The notes beneath the pieces were generated by a model. That model was not told the DNA's origin. It saw only the letters and a program-made list of their open reading frames with translations, and did not search any database. From Sedimentisphaerales bacterium (GTDB lineage: Bacteria; Planctomycetota; Phycisphaerae; Sedimentisphaerales; SM23-30): a stretch of DNA of 64,000 nucleotides. The translations under genes were made by a program, and so were the position numbers. Shown one piece after another: positions 17,969-27,159 of the stretch (the stretch's first letter is position 1; the number at the start of each line of letters is the position of its first letter). The DNA lies in the NCBI GenBank assembly GCA_963663965.2, contig CAXXFK010000020.1, positions 160,001 to 224,000 of the forward strand, written 5' to 3'.

Positions 17969-20332
17969 TTAATCGACCAGCCAATTGGCCGCCATGATAG
18001 CCAGATCGCTCAGATCCACAACGCCATCGTTGTTCAGATCGGCAACGTTGATCTTGTTTATGGCAACATACAGGTCGCTGTGGGTGACATACCCGTCGCC
18101 ATCGATATCGCCATCGGCAAAACCTTTGCCATAAGCGGTATAGTCGATATTGGCCATGATGATGTCCAGGTCGGCTTGATTCATCATGCCGTCCAGGTTG
18201 ACATCGCCCAGGCAGGTACCCAGGATATCTTCAACGATAACCTTTACGTCGCGGATATCGACAATCAGGTCGGCGTTCATATCGCAGCTCAGGTCCATAT
18301 ACACCGCGTCATCCAGATCGCTCCAGTCCAGGGCGGCGATCATCGAACCGTCAACCGGCGGAACCGTACCCAGAGCCGTATACATCAACCCTTTGCGGGC
18401 AATCATCTGGACATAGCTGATATCTGCCGCGTCAACGATACCATCGGCGCCTTCAGGAGCGTCACCCGGAGTGGTGGCATTCCCGGCCACGTCAGCCATA
18501 CTGTCGCCGGCTTTGTAGGCGCCAACTGCCAGAGTGGCGCCGAACAGGTTACCGCCGGTAGCGGCAGTATCCACCATCATGAACCCTTTGGCGCGGTTAA
18601 GGCTGCCGCCGTCCATGGCCAGACCATCGGCAAAATAACGGACGTCGTCAATATCGAATACGCCATTGCCATCAAAATCGCCAATCACATCGGGAATCAA
18701 TGTCTTGTCGCTCTCGGCCGCGGCAAAACCATTGGGATCTTGCAGGGCTTTGACCATTTTGGCAATATCATCCACATTGCGGGCAAAGTCACCATTAAAG
18801 TCACCGGCGATACGGTTACGAACCTCTAACACAACTCCAGCGGCGTAAACGTCGCCAGCCAGATCCTTATAGGAGCCTTGAACGCGTTTGGGTGTCAAAC
18901 CGGCAGTATTGATTGAACCGAATGCGGGAACGTTCAGGGTCGTATTGTTTAAAATGTAGGCCTGTAATGACCCAACGACGCTGGCATTAGCAACCAGATT
19001 GGATGGATTGTTTTCCGCCGGCAGATAATCGATGGCGGACATCAGGGTAAAGTCACGAGCCAGCATCTGGCCGGGCATATAATTTTCTTCGGTGGCGTTT
19101 TCGCCGGAAATCACCAGACTTTCGAAATGATCAATACTATACAAAATATTCTGAATAAAATCGGCCGCGTGAGGATTGTGCAGATTCGTGCGTACCGCAG
19201 GATCACCCACTGTCGCGAAGGTTTCGATACCGCCAACGGCGTAACCGCCCGCGGTTGGATTATTGTGCAGAATATTCTCAATACCGGGTCGAACCGGGCC
19301 ATATCCCATATCGACATTCAGAATTTCATACTTGCCGGCTGCGGCGTCCAGGGCAGAACGGCTGGCGCCCATCAAGCCGGTATAACCAACGGCCAGACGG
19401 CGGTTTTGAACGATATTTTCCATCACGGAAGAGCCGCCCAGGTTCGCCGCGTCATATCGATTGCCCAGAATCGCGGCATTGGAATCAGACTGTTTGGCGC
19501 CAACATTATCGCCACGTCCCCAGCTGGGATCAACCCCGATCGAGTTCATCGAACCATTACGGGTACCCGAACCGCTGTCACGAGTGGCGGCGGCCAGGTT
19601 TTCTCCACTGGGCAAACGACCGGTTACATACAGGTGCTGCAATTCGGCCTTGGTAATGTTTTCCAAACCGGTACCCCGGTTGGCAATGAAGGTGATGGGG
19701 ACATAGGCGATCTGGGTGTCGAAAATCGTATATTGATCCGGATCGCTGGTATTGGTATTCAAACTTCCAATCGTCTTCAGGTTGTTGCTCAATCCGCTGT
19801 CCCAGGCCTTGAAAATATTCAAACCATAACCGGTTTCAGTGGGCTTGCGGCTCCAGAATCCCTGACCGGGTTCACCTACATAGGCAAACCATTTGGTCGG
19901 AACATCCATCACGGCAATATCGATGCGGTTGGGAGCCACCGCATATTTCCCGGTAGTAAATTTGGTATGATTAATATAACTGTCTTCTGAAACGTCTTTC
20001 AGTTTGGAGGGATCAGGCACACCCATGTAATAAGCGACCATATCCGCCAGACCGGTGCCAGAACCCACACCGCGATGCTGCATGATCCAGTGGGTGTTGA
20101 CCAGGTCGTTTTGGACGGCCAGCTGATCCAGCTGAGGGTATCCCCCCACAATCTGGAATCCTTTAATGCCATCCCCATCGACATCCATCGCATCATTCGT
20201 GGATGAGTTGGCCTTGAAAAAATCACCGAACAGGGTCGCGCCACTGGTGTTCACCTGATACGGCTGAGCCATCACGGCCACATTCAGCGCCAGCAGGGCG
20301 CTTACAACTGCAATTGAATTCATTTTTCTCAT
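17969..20332 (-). CDS. Secreted protein: PstS/PBP-like domain plus about 7 dockerin/EF-hand-like repeats
   Basis: Signal peptide; SGAT, GVGSGTG and RDSGSGTR phosphate-binding-protein-like motifs; repeated GDxNxDGxVDxxDL units ending ADLNNDGVVDLSDLAIMAANWL. Confidence 0.65.
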   Translation of the reverse strand: MRKMNSIAVVSALLALNVAVMAQPYQVNTSGATLFGDFFKANSSTNDAMDVDGDGIKGFQIVGGYPQLDQLAVQNDLVNTHWIMQHRGVGSGTGLADMVAYYMGVPDPSKLKDVSEDSYINHTKFTTGKYAVAPNRIDIAVMDVPTKWFAYVGEPGQGFWSRKPTETGYGLNIFKAWDSGLSNNLKTIGSLNTNTSDPDQYTIFDTQIAYVPITFIANRGTGLENITKAELQHLYVTGRLPSGENLAAATRDSGSGTRNGSMNSIGVDPSWGRGDNVGAKQSDSNAAILGNRYDAANLGGSSVMENIVQNRRLAVGYTGLMGASRSALDAAAGKYEILNVDMGYGPVRPGIENILHNNPTAGGYAVGGIETFATVGDPAVRTNLHNPHAADFIQNILYSIDHFESLVISGENATEENYMPGQMLARDFTLMSAIDYLPAENNPSNLVANASVVGSLQAYILNNTTLNVPAFGSINTAGLTPKRVQGSYKDLAGDVYAAGVVLEVRNRIAGDFNGDFARNVDDIAKMVKALQDPNGFAAAESDKTLIPDVIGDFDGNGVFDIDDVRYFADGLAMDGGSLNRAKGFMMVDTAATGGNLFGATLAVGAYKAGDSMADVAGNATTPGDAPEGADGIVDAADISYVQMIARKGLMYTALGTVPPVDGSMIAALDWSDLDDAVYMDLSCDMNADLIVDIRDVKVIVEDILGTCLGDVNLDGMMNQADLDIIMANIDYTAYGKGFADGDIDGDGYVTHSDLYVAINKINVADLNNDGVVDLSDLAIMAANWLVD

Positions 20333-20527
20333 AGTCCATCCTTTCGGAATTTGAAGGAATATAACACATTACTTTTTTACATCAGACATCGGGAACCATC
20401 CGCCAGAATCTCTCATTTTGAAATCGGCAACCTCCTTTCGCGTATCGTGAGTTCAGGTTTTCTCATAGCTCGTCTCGAAAATAAAATCTCTTTTCTCGTC
20501 CACAAAGCAAGTTTACACCCGTGTGAC

Positions 20528-21580
20528 TTATTTCGGCCGCGCGTAAATAACTTTCGAGGCGCCCGACAGGGTATAAAACTTCTGCCCCCACATGCGTTGT
20601 TTGATCGTCTCGACAACATGCAGATTACTGACATGTCCGTCCAGATACACATAGTTGGCATTACCGCCCAGATCGGCGCCCAACTGCCCCTTATAATTAG
20701 TCGGCGGATGATGCCGGCCAACGGCATTCAATGGATGGGCGTTGACTCCCGTAATCAAATCCCCCAACGTATCGAGCTGATCGACCGGGACAATGCCAAG
20801 GTCAACCTGTTGATCCATCCCACACGTAAAATAACCGCCCGAATCGCTGTAGATCTGATTGATCGCGGTACTGCCCAGGCTGGTGAATGGCGTAATCGGA
20901 CGATGGCTTTTGACCAGATAAGAACTGCTCGAGAGTTCGGAGATCGCTTTCCAGTTCTTATTGAAATCCGCAGCCAGAATGACATTCGACGGCATTCTGA
21001 CCATCGAACTGCGCGCCAGCACATTCACGCGCGGACCGCCAAAGGCGGATTGCGCGCTGAACTTGTTTCGAGGCACCAACGCGGCATTGGCGCCATACCC
21101 AATACGGGGCGCCTGGCGATCTTCCACCTGGGCATTGGCGTAACTGGTTCGAGTTATGCCATTCTGATCGTACATTTCATCTTCCCAGTAGGTGTCTTTT
21201 GCCGGCCCCGGATTCGTGCGCGGCGCTCCCCCATTGCGCATGCCGGGACATTCGAACGCATCGGGATCGACCTGGCCGCCGGAGAACATAAAATACGACC
21301 AGTGCAGGTATCCGCCCGGATGGTTCAGATCGTTGTTATTGACATTCCCGCCGGCATCCAGATATTGATAAGACGGCGGCAAGGTGTCCTGATATTCGGT
21401 GAGATAGCCGGCCACGGCCTGTCCCACACTTTTCAGATTGGCCATGCACTTTACCGATTTGGCCGATTCGCGCGCTTTGCCCAGCGCCGGCATCAAAATA
21501 CTGATCAGCAATGCGATGATCGAAATGACTACGAGCAATTCGATCAAAGTGAATCCTTTCACACGAATAAGTTTCTTCAT
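20528..21580 (-). CDS. Prepilin-type N-terminal cleavage/methylation protein (DUF1559-like, H-X9-DG C-terminus)
   Basis: KGFTLIELLVVISIIALLISILMPALGKARESAK; RH...ANYVYLDGHV. Confidence 0.92.
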   Translation of the reverse strand: MKKLIRVKGFTLIELLVVISIIALLISILMPALGKARESAKSVKCMANLKSVGQAVAGYLTEYQDTLPPSYQYLDAGGNVNNNDLNHPGGYLHWSYFMFSGGQVDPDAFECPGMRNGGAPRTNPGPAKDTYWEDEMYDQNGITRTSYANAQVEDRQAPRIGYGANAALVPRNKFSAQSAFGGPRVNVLARSSMVRMPSNVILAADFNKNWKAISELSSSSYLVKSHRPITPFTSLGSTAINQIYSDSGGYFTCGMDQQVDLGIVPVDQLDTLGDLITGVNAHPLNAVGRHHPPTNYKGQLGADLGGNANYVYLDGHVSNLHVVETIKQRMWGQKFYTLSGASKVIYARPK

Positions 21581-21783
21581 TTGGATCTCCCTGAATAATG
21601 TTCTTTAATAAAATAGCAGTTCAACTTATATTCCATTTAGACGATCTATATATAACTCTTTAATCCTTTGCTGGTTTGACAGGCTTCGATTTCAGCCCTT
21701 GTCAATTCATGGCCGCACCAGATACTACCCACAAATCGCAGTTTTATGCATGCCATAGACAAGGCTGTTCTTTATGGATGATC

Positions 21784-21856
21784 ATGTTAAAATTCAAAAG
21801 GAAGCATAAGCCCGCCATGTTCCGCTATGATTAATGACCGATTAGAATGAAGTTAA
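21784..21856 (-). promoter_or_regulatory. Putative OmpR/PhoB-type direct-repeat operator
   Basis: On +, GTTAA/GTTCC/ATTAA/ATTAG/GTTAA start at 21786, 21819, 21830, 21841 and 21852 (11-bp phase). Confidence 0.4.
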
Positions 21857-22116
21857 TTTTAGACACCTCGACCGGCCTTCAAAAGCACCTATCTTATATA
21901 TAGATATTTATGGCAGGTATTATCTTCTATATTTTACGGGTCCCATAAAACGCTATTCTTATTTTAACCAAACACTTGCTTAACAAATTCGAGTTATACT
22001 CTGAGTAGATTATTAGGGATTTGTACAAAACATGGACAATCCTGCCGGGCTATGACAGAATATTAATAAAATTCCAATGTCAGTACACAACCGGATCCAT
22101 AGGCAAGGAATACGCA

Positions 22117-22380
22117 ATGACTAATCTTAAATTCAATCTGGCCACTACGGTCAGAAAAGACCTGATCAATTTACACGAACTGATTCACCGGGCCGGTGAT
22201 CATCTCGAAGACGATCATTATCAACAGGCTGCGGATGTATTGCAGGATGCGATCAAGCCGCTCATCTTCCTGATTGGCAAACTGCGCCAGGAAAATATTA
22301 CCCGGGAGCGCCTGGTGGGTAACATGCCCGGCCGGGATTTAACTATAATGAAGTGCATATCAGACAAACTGTGTGTCTGA
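22117..22380 (+). CDS. Small helical hypothetical protein, paralog 1
   Basis: AAGGA RBS, ATG 22117; first 59 aa are 49/59 identical to 23215-23481. Confidence 0.75.
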   Translation: MTNLKFNLATTVRKDLINLHELIHRAGDHLEDDHYQQAADVLQDAIKPLIFLIGKLRQENITRERLVGNMPGRDLTIMKCISDKLCV

Positions 22381-22424
22381 TTCCCGACAACGGCGCCTTT
22401 TCACAATGGAACAGGAGTATTTGG

Positions 22425-22631
22425 GTGTCAACGACCATTACCTGCACGCGGTGTTTTTGTTGCCTATTGATTACCGGCAATTTTTTGGAATACAGCGTGA
22501 CCTGCCCATTTTGCGGAAGGGAACTGCCGGTTTCCGGTCACTTCGAAGACCTTAATCTGGAGGATGAATATGCATTAATCCCAGATGGCTTTGACGGCTC
22601 TGATTGGAGTTTTGAAGACGTGTTGAATTGA
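22425..22631 (+). CDS. Small zinc-ribbon protein with acidic tail
   Basis: AGGAG RBS then GTG 22425: MSTTITCTRCFCC...VTCPFCG...; two CxxC pairs. Confidence 0.6.
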   Translation: MSTTITCTRCFCCLLITGNFLEYSVTCPFCGRELPVSGHFEDLNLEDEYALIPDGFDGSDWSFEDVLN

Positions 22632-22714
22632 CCAGGCGGGCGGTACCATTTCTTGTCCTGGATCGAGACCAGACCGTTAGCCTCCTTGTTAACGGCAATA
22701 ACACCTACTTAATC

Positions 22715-22818
22715 TATCCCCAATGGGTATAAAAATTCCCGATCGCTTGCAAGATAAGTATCTGCCCGTGTAGAAGTTATACACGGGCCTGCGAGCGTTT
22801 TCAATTGTAACCAGTACA
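22715..22818 (+). repeat. ~105-bp dispersed intergenic repeat, copy 3
   Basis: TATCCCCAATGGGTATAAAAATTCCCGATCGCTTGCAAGATAAG...; internal perfect stem GCCCGTGTA / TACACGGGC. Confidence 0.9.
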
Positions 22819-23214
22819 AATTCCCCCTGACTATTGGAATCCTGATACGGCTCTATTGCTAACGAGTAGGAATAAAGGGCATCTCTAACAATTCATTTTG
22901 GGCTGTAAACGGTCTGATTTTCTTCTGAACTGCGTCAACAAGAACCGTGAATATGACAAATATGCCCGTTTTTTGTTCCTTGCCCGAGAAAAATACCCCA
23001 CGCTTTCGCCTTTAAAACTATTTTCAGGGGCACCTTTAAAATCAACAAATTTTTTACATTATCCGAACTACTTTTCAATTATATACGTTATATAATTAGT
23101 ATAGAGACTTGAAAATTAATTTGAACGGGCTATGGCCAATCCGATGATGATAAAGCCTGATACTCAAGAACTCCCAGTGTTTGAAGGCAGCGGATTAACG
23201 GCGAGGATAACGCT

Positions 23215-23481
23215 ATGACAAATATCAAGTTCAATCTGTCTACCCCGGCTAAAAAAGATCTGGTCGAATTGCACGAACTGATCCATCGCGCCGGTGATTG
23301 TCTGGAGGATGATCAGTACCAGCATGCCGCTGATGTATTGCAGGATGCCATTAAACCCCTTATTTTCCTGATCGGTAAATTGCGACAGGAAAAGATCGCC
23401 GGGGACAATTGTTTCAATAGGCCATCCAACCGTAATATTAAAGAATGGATTCAGCAGCCGGACGAAGAAGTTTACGCCTGA
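23215..23481 (+). CDS. Small helical hypothetical protein, paralog 2
   Basis: GAGGA RBS; paralog of 22117-22380 with a different C-terminal tail. Confidence 0.75.
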   Translation: MTNIKFNLSTPAKKDLVELHELIHRAGDCLEDDQYQHAADVLQDAIKPLIFLIGKLRQEKIAGDNCFNRPSNRNIKEWIQQPDEEVYA

Positions 23482-23572
23482 TCAAACAAACACCGAGATG
23501 TTTTTTCACTCTTTGATCAAAATCAAAGGGCCTGCTGTGTCAGGGTTTTAATTCAAATTCCACAATGCCTGA

Positions 23573-24913
23573 TTATTCCACCTGTATGGAAAGATTATTC
23601 GTTTCGGTACGATAACCACCGCCTAGAGTGCCGTTAAGAATAAAATTCTCACTGCGATATCCGCCTGACATCCCAAATCCGCCATATCCGGAACGACGAC
23701 CGCTGCTATAGCCGCCACTGCCATAACCGACTCGCGCGGAGCCCATCCCGCCAAAGCCGCCATAACCGCCGCCACTCCGGCCACCCATCATGCCACGGCC
23801 GCCATAACCGCCCATGCCGCCCATGCCGCCGCCCATACCGCCCATACCGCCTCCCATACCGCCCATACCCATCCCCATACTCGACATTGGCGAAGTCTCG
23901 ATCAGATCGGCTATATAATGAGACTTGAATTGATAGTCATCCGTCTCTGAAGCCACCTTGATCACTACGATCCCATCATCATCCACTTTATAAGTCGCGC
24001 GACCGGTTTTACCTCCCGAGATATATTCCAGCGATTTACGTAAAACCGTGCCCGGTGTGACATCCTGCAGGCTCATGGTCACTGGATCATCTTCCAGAAT
24101 ACCGACCACGGATAGCTCATTCCAGTTGGCGACGATATTCAACCCGGTTTTCGCCCGGACTTGCGAAATCACTTCGCTGATTGGGGTATCCTGATAATTT
24201 ACTGTCATTCCCCTGGCCACGGCTACTGTCTGCTTCGGGGCCTGGGCCGGTAATGGCATGGCGGCAATACGATTGGCCAGGTTCTGCCGCTGCTCGGCGG
24301 GCACTTCACTTAAACTCCGCGGCGCTGACGATGAGGCCGCCATAACAGGAGTGGCGGCCTTGGTAAAACTACCCAGACGCTCAAGCAGCCAGCGGGCCTG
24401 GTAATTCCCCGGCTCAAGCGCGATCACCTGATTGAGAGTCGCCATCGCGGCCTCTTTCTGGCCGGCTTCAATCTGCTGGGTTGCCTGGCCGTACAATTCC
24501 CCGATCTTTCGCTGGCGCTCGATCTCCTGAGACTGGGTTCGAATCTCATTTTCTTTACGAGATTTTTCGATAATCTGCTGCAGCCGATCCGCCCGATATT
24601 GGGTATACTCCGTCTGGATAGATTCGTGCCATTGAGAAATCCTGGCCGAATAATTCCGGTAAGCCTCATCTCCTAATATCGTCCGGTTCCGGTCCAGATC
24701 GTCGGAGACCACCCTGATCTGAGCCAAAGCGGATTCGTAATCGCCCCCGCTTGTCGCCTTCTGAACCAGCGCCTGGCTTTGCTGCAATTTATCCGTAAAG
24801 GCTTTTTCCCGTTCCTGGCGAATGGACTGGGCATCGACGGCCATCAGGTTATAACTCATTGATAACAAGACTGTTAAAACGAATAATCGGATAGGTTTGG
24901 ACAGGATATTCAT
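23573..24913 (-). CDS. Secreted TPR + STN-like protein with Gly/Met-rich tail (resembles a secretin N-terminus, no barrel)
   Basis: Signal peptide, TPR-like LNQVIALEPGNYQA, STN-like VNYQDTPISEVISQVRAKTGLNIVANW, low-complexity GGMGG repeats. Confidence 0.6.
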   Translation of the reverse strand: MNILSKPIRLFVLTVLLSMSYNLMAVDAQSIRQEREKAFTDKLQQSQALVQKATSGGDYESALAQIRVVSDDLDRNRTILGDEAYRNYSARISQWHESIQTEYTQYRADRLQQIIEKSRKENEIRTQSQEIERQRKIGELYGQATQQIEAGQKEAAMATLNQVIALEPGNYQARWLLERLGSFTKAATPVMAASSSAPRSLSEVPAEQRQNLANRIAAMPLPAQAPKQTVAVARGMTVNYQDTPISEVISQVRAKTGLNIVANWNELSVVGILEDDPVTMSLQDVTPGTVLRKSLEYISGGKTGRATYKVDDDGIVVIKVASETDDYQFKSHYIADLIETSPMSSMGMGMGGMGGGMGGMGGGMGGMGGYGGRGMMGGRSGGGYGGFGGMGSARVGYGSGGYSSGRRSGYGGFGMSGGYRSENFILNGTLGGGYRTETNNLSIQVE

Positions 24914-25310
24914 GATTGTCTCCCTGTTTTATACTTTGAACCGCGGATTTGCGGCCCAGGCTACAGTTAATTTTGTTATCGGTTGCTAGAGAAGCATCGG
25001 CAGGCGTTATGAAGGATATTTACTATAATATTATACCTCAATCTTCCACTTTAAGCCACCTCTCTTTAGTTTATCGCACAATTCTCATAGATATAAATGG
25101 TTCTTGCTTTTAATAATGCCTTAATTACAAATAAGTTATGATAAATAATCTTCCCCTGGCTCTCAAAAGCCTCCCATTTTTCCTAAATCTGACTCTGGTA
25201 TTAATCACATTAGATATTTCTAATCAGAGGTACCCGACCAATCCCATTTGACTATAATATGAAAAATATCAGCATCCAATATTGTAACCTGCTTAAGAAC
25301 GAAATTAAAA

Positions 25311-26156
25311 ATGCCTGAATTACCCGAAGTAGAACATGTGGCCGCCGGACTGCGAACGGAAATCCTGAACAGCATCATCGATAAGATTACCGTTCACACA
25401 CCGGTGATTGTTAAAAGTCCCCGATTGACCAACTGGCAGGCGGAATTGAACAGCTACGCCGGTCAGAGGATCAGCGAGATATCCCGCCGGGCCAAGCGCT
25501 TGATCCTGACAATTGCGCCCAACCGGATCCTGATCGTACAGCTTGGGATGACCGGTCGTTTCATGCTGTACCGTACCGGCCAGTCGCATCTGAAACATAC
25601 CCATTTTTCCATTCATATCCGTGATGGCCGCCGACTGGATTTTGTGGATCCGCGCCGCTTTGGCTGGCTCTGGATTCTGGGCCCGGTTGTGGGAAACCTC
25701 GAATCTATCATGGAACAAGTTGGCTTTGGCAAACTTGGCCCCGAACCCTTTAACCTGAAACCGTCCCGTTTTAACACCATTCTCCAGAGCGAACGCCCCA
25801 TTAAAAACCTGCTGCTCGACCAGACCCGGATCGCCGGCCTGGGTAACATTTACGCGGATGAATCCCTGTTTGCCGCCGGTATCGATCCCCGCTCTGTCAG
25901 TTGCCGGATTCCACCCGACCGGGTCGAAACGCTGCGCCGAGCCATTCCCAAGATCCTGCGCCGCTCCATCCGCAACGGTGGAACGACTTTCAGTGACTTC
26001 CACAATCCCTATGGCGAACCCGGCCGTTTTCTTAACCTGCTGCAAGTGTACGGCCGCGAAGCTAAACCCTGCCAAACCTGCCGGACTCCCATCCAACGCA
26101 CTGTCCTGTCCAACCGCAGCGCCCATTTCTGTCCGGCTTGCCAGATACAATATTAA
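25311..26156 (+). CDS. mutM: Formamidopyrimidine-DNA glycosylase
   Basis: MPELPEVE, LGMTG, DPRRFG, AGLGNIYADE, C-terminal Zn finger. Confidence 0.97.
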   Translation: MPELPEVEHVAAGLRTEILNSIIDKITVHTPVIVKSPRLTNWQAELNSYAGQRISEISRRAKRLILTIAPNRILIVQLGMTGRFMLYRTGQSHLKHTHFSIHIRDGRRLDFVDPRRFGWLWILGPVVGNLESIMEQVGFGKLGPEPFNLKPSRFNTILQSERPIKNLLLDQTRIAGLGNIYADESLFAAGIDPRSVSCRIPPDRVETLRRAIPKILRRSIRNGGTTFSDFHNPYGEPGRFLNLLQVYGREAKPCQTCRTPIQRTVLSNRSAHFCPACQIQY

Positions 26157-26164
26157 TGGATGGA

Positions 26165-26524
26165 TTACTCTTTTTTTAACAGGCCGGCCAGTTCCGCTAC
26201 ACGCAACTCCAATCTCTTGATCTCGCGCTTGAGGTTATTACGATTAATGATCTGCCAGGCCAGCACCTTTACCAATCCAACCCAGCCACACATCACCAGA
26301 AAAATAGTCGCATGCATTAACTGGTACGTAATCCCCTCAACCCGAAAAAACATGATCCCGCTATAAATAGCGACGCCCATGCAAGCGATCCCCCAGGCCC
26401 AGATCGTTATCACAATCGACATCATTCGCCGGTTATAAAAGTCGCGAACCATCGCCATCAGGCCATCTTCTTTGCTGTCATCATAAATATCATCCATCAT
26501 CTGTTGTAACCGTTCATCTTTCAT
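26165..26524 (-). CDS. Two-TM membrane protein (DUF6768-like), probable anti-sigma factor
   Basis: Overlaps the ECF stop; two TM helices; C-terminal LKREIKRLELRVAEL. Confidence 0.7.
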   Translation of the reverse strand: MKDERLQQMMDDIYDDSKEDGLMAMVRDFYNRRMMSIVITIWAWGIACMGVAIYSGIMFFRVEGITYQLMHATIFLVMCGWVGLVKVLAWQIINRNNLKREIKRLELRVAELAGLLKKE

Positions 26525-27071
26525 AATTGATCTCCTTATTAGAGTCTTGTTCTATGAGAGTCTTTAACGCCAGCCGGGCATGATACAACCGCGATTTAAC
26601 CGTACCCGCCGGAATGCTCAGGGCCGTGGCAATCTCAGACGTGGACAACTGATCGAAATAATAGAGTTGCAACACCAACCGCTGATCCAGTTTCAAGAGC
26701 GCCAGCAACTCATCCAATCCACCCGCGTCCGTTGTTTGAGCCGCCGGCCGGCCCTGGGGATCAACAACCAGTGTTTCCGTTCGCTGTTTACTTTTTTTAC
26801 GAATCCAGTCGCGGGCCCTATTCGTTGCAATACGGTATGCCCATCCCCGAAAGCTGGCCGGGTCATTCAACGAGGATAATCCACGAATAATCCCCAGCCA
26901 GGTTTCCTGGCTGATATCCCAGGCACCCTGCTCACTGCCACATAATCGCCAGGCATGGTACCAGAGTCGCTTCTGCCAGCGCTTGACCAGATATTCCATA
27001 GCCGGGCGCCGACCATCCTGGGCCGCCATTATCAGCAGTTCATCTTCCAGTTGTGTTGCATCGTCTGCCAT
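26514..27071 (-). CDS. ECF sigma-70 family RNA polymerase sigma factor
   Basis: AWDISQETW, FRGWAYRIATN, GTVKSRLYHAR. Confidence 0.92.
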   Translation of the reverse strand: MADDATQLEDELLIMAAQDGRRPAMEYLVKRWQKRLWYHAWRLCGSEQGAWDISQETWLGIIRGLSSLNDPASFRGWAYRIATNRARDWIRKKSKQRTETLVVDPQGRPAAQTTDAGGLDELLALLKLDQRLVLQLYYFDQLSTSEIATALSIPAGTVKSRLYHARLALKTLIEQDSNKEINYER

Positions 27072-27159
27072 CTGTCCCGATAGTCGCACCTCGTCCCCGA
27101 ACGGTTCAAAAAAATATCCCGCATCCTTCTTTTTTCTCCGCCTTATAATCTGTAACTTA

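Noticed and set aside
17963..21598. + strand ORFs of 288, 287 and 415 aa
   Set aside because: Antisense shadows of the dockerin and DUF1559 genes.
7736..22818. 105-bp repeats as a CRISPR array or DGR template/variable repeats
   Set aside because: Dispersed over kilobases, non-coding, differences not adenine-specific, and no cas or reverse transcriptase gene in the window.
23760..23882. CCGCCCAT-type short repeats as a possible CRISPR or satellite
   Set aside because: They encode the Gly/Met-rich tail; no spacers or constant repeat.
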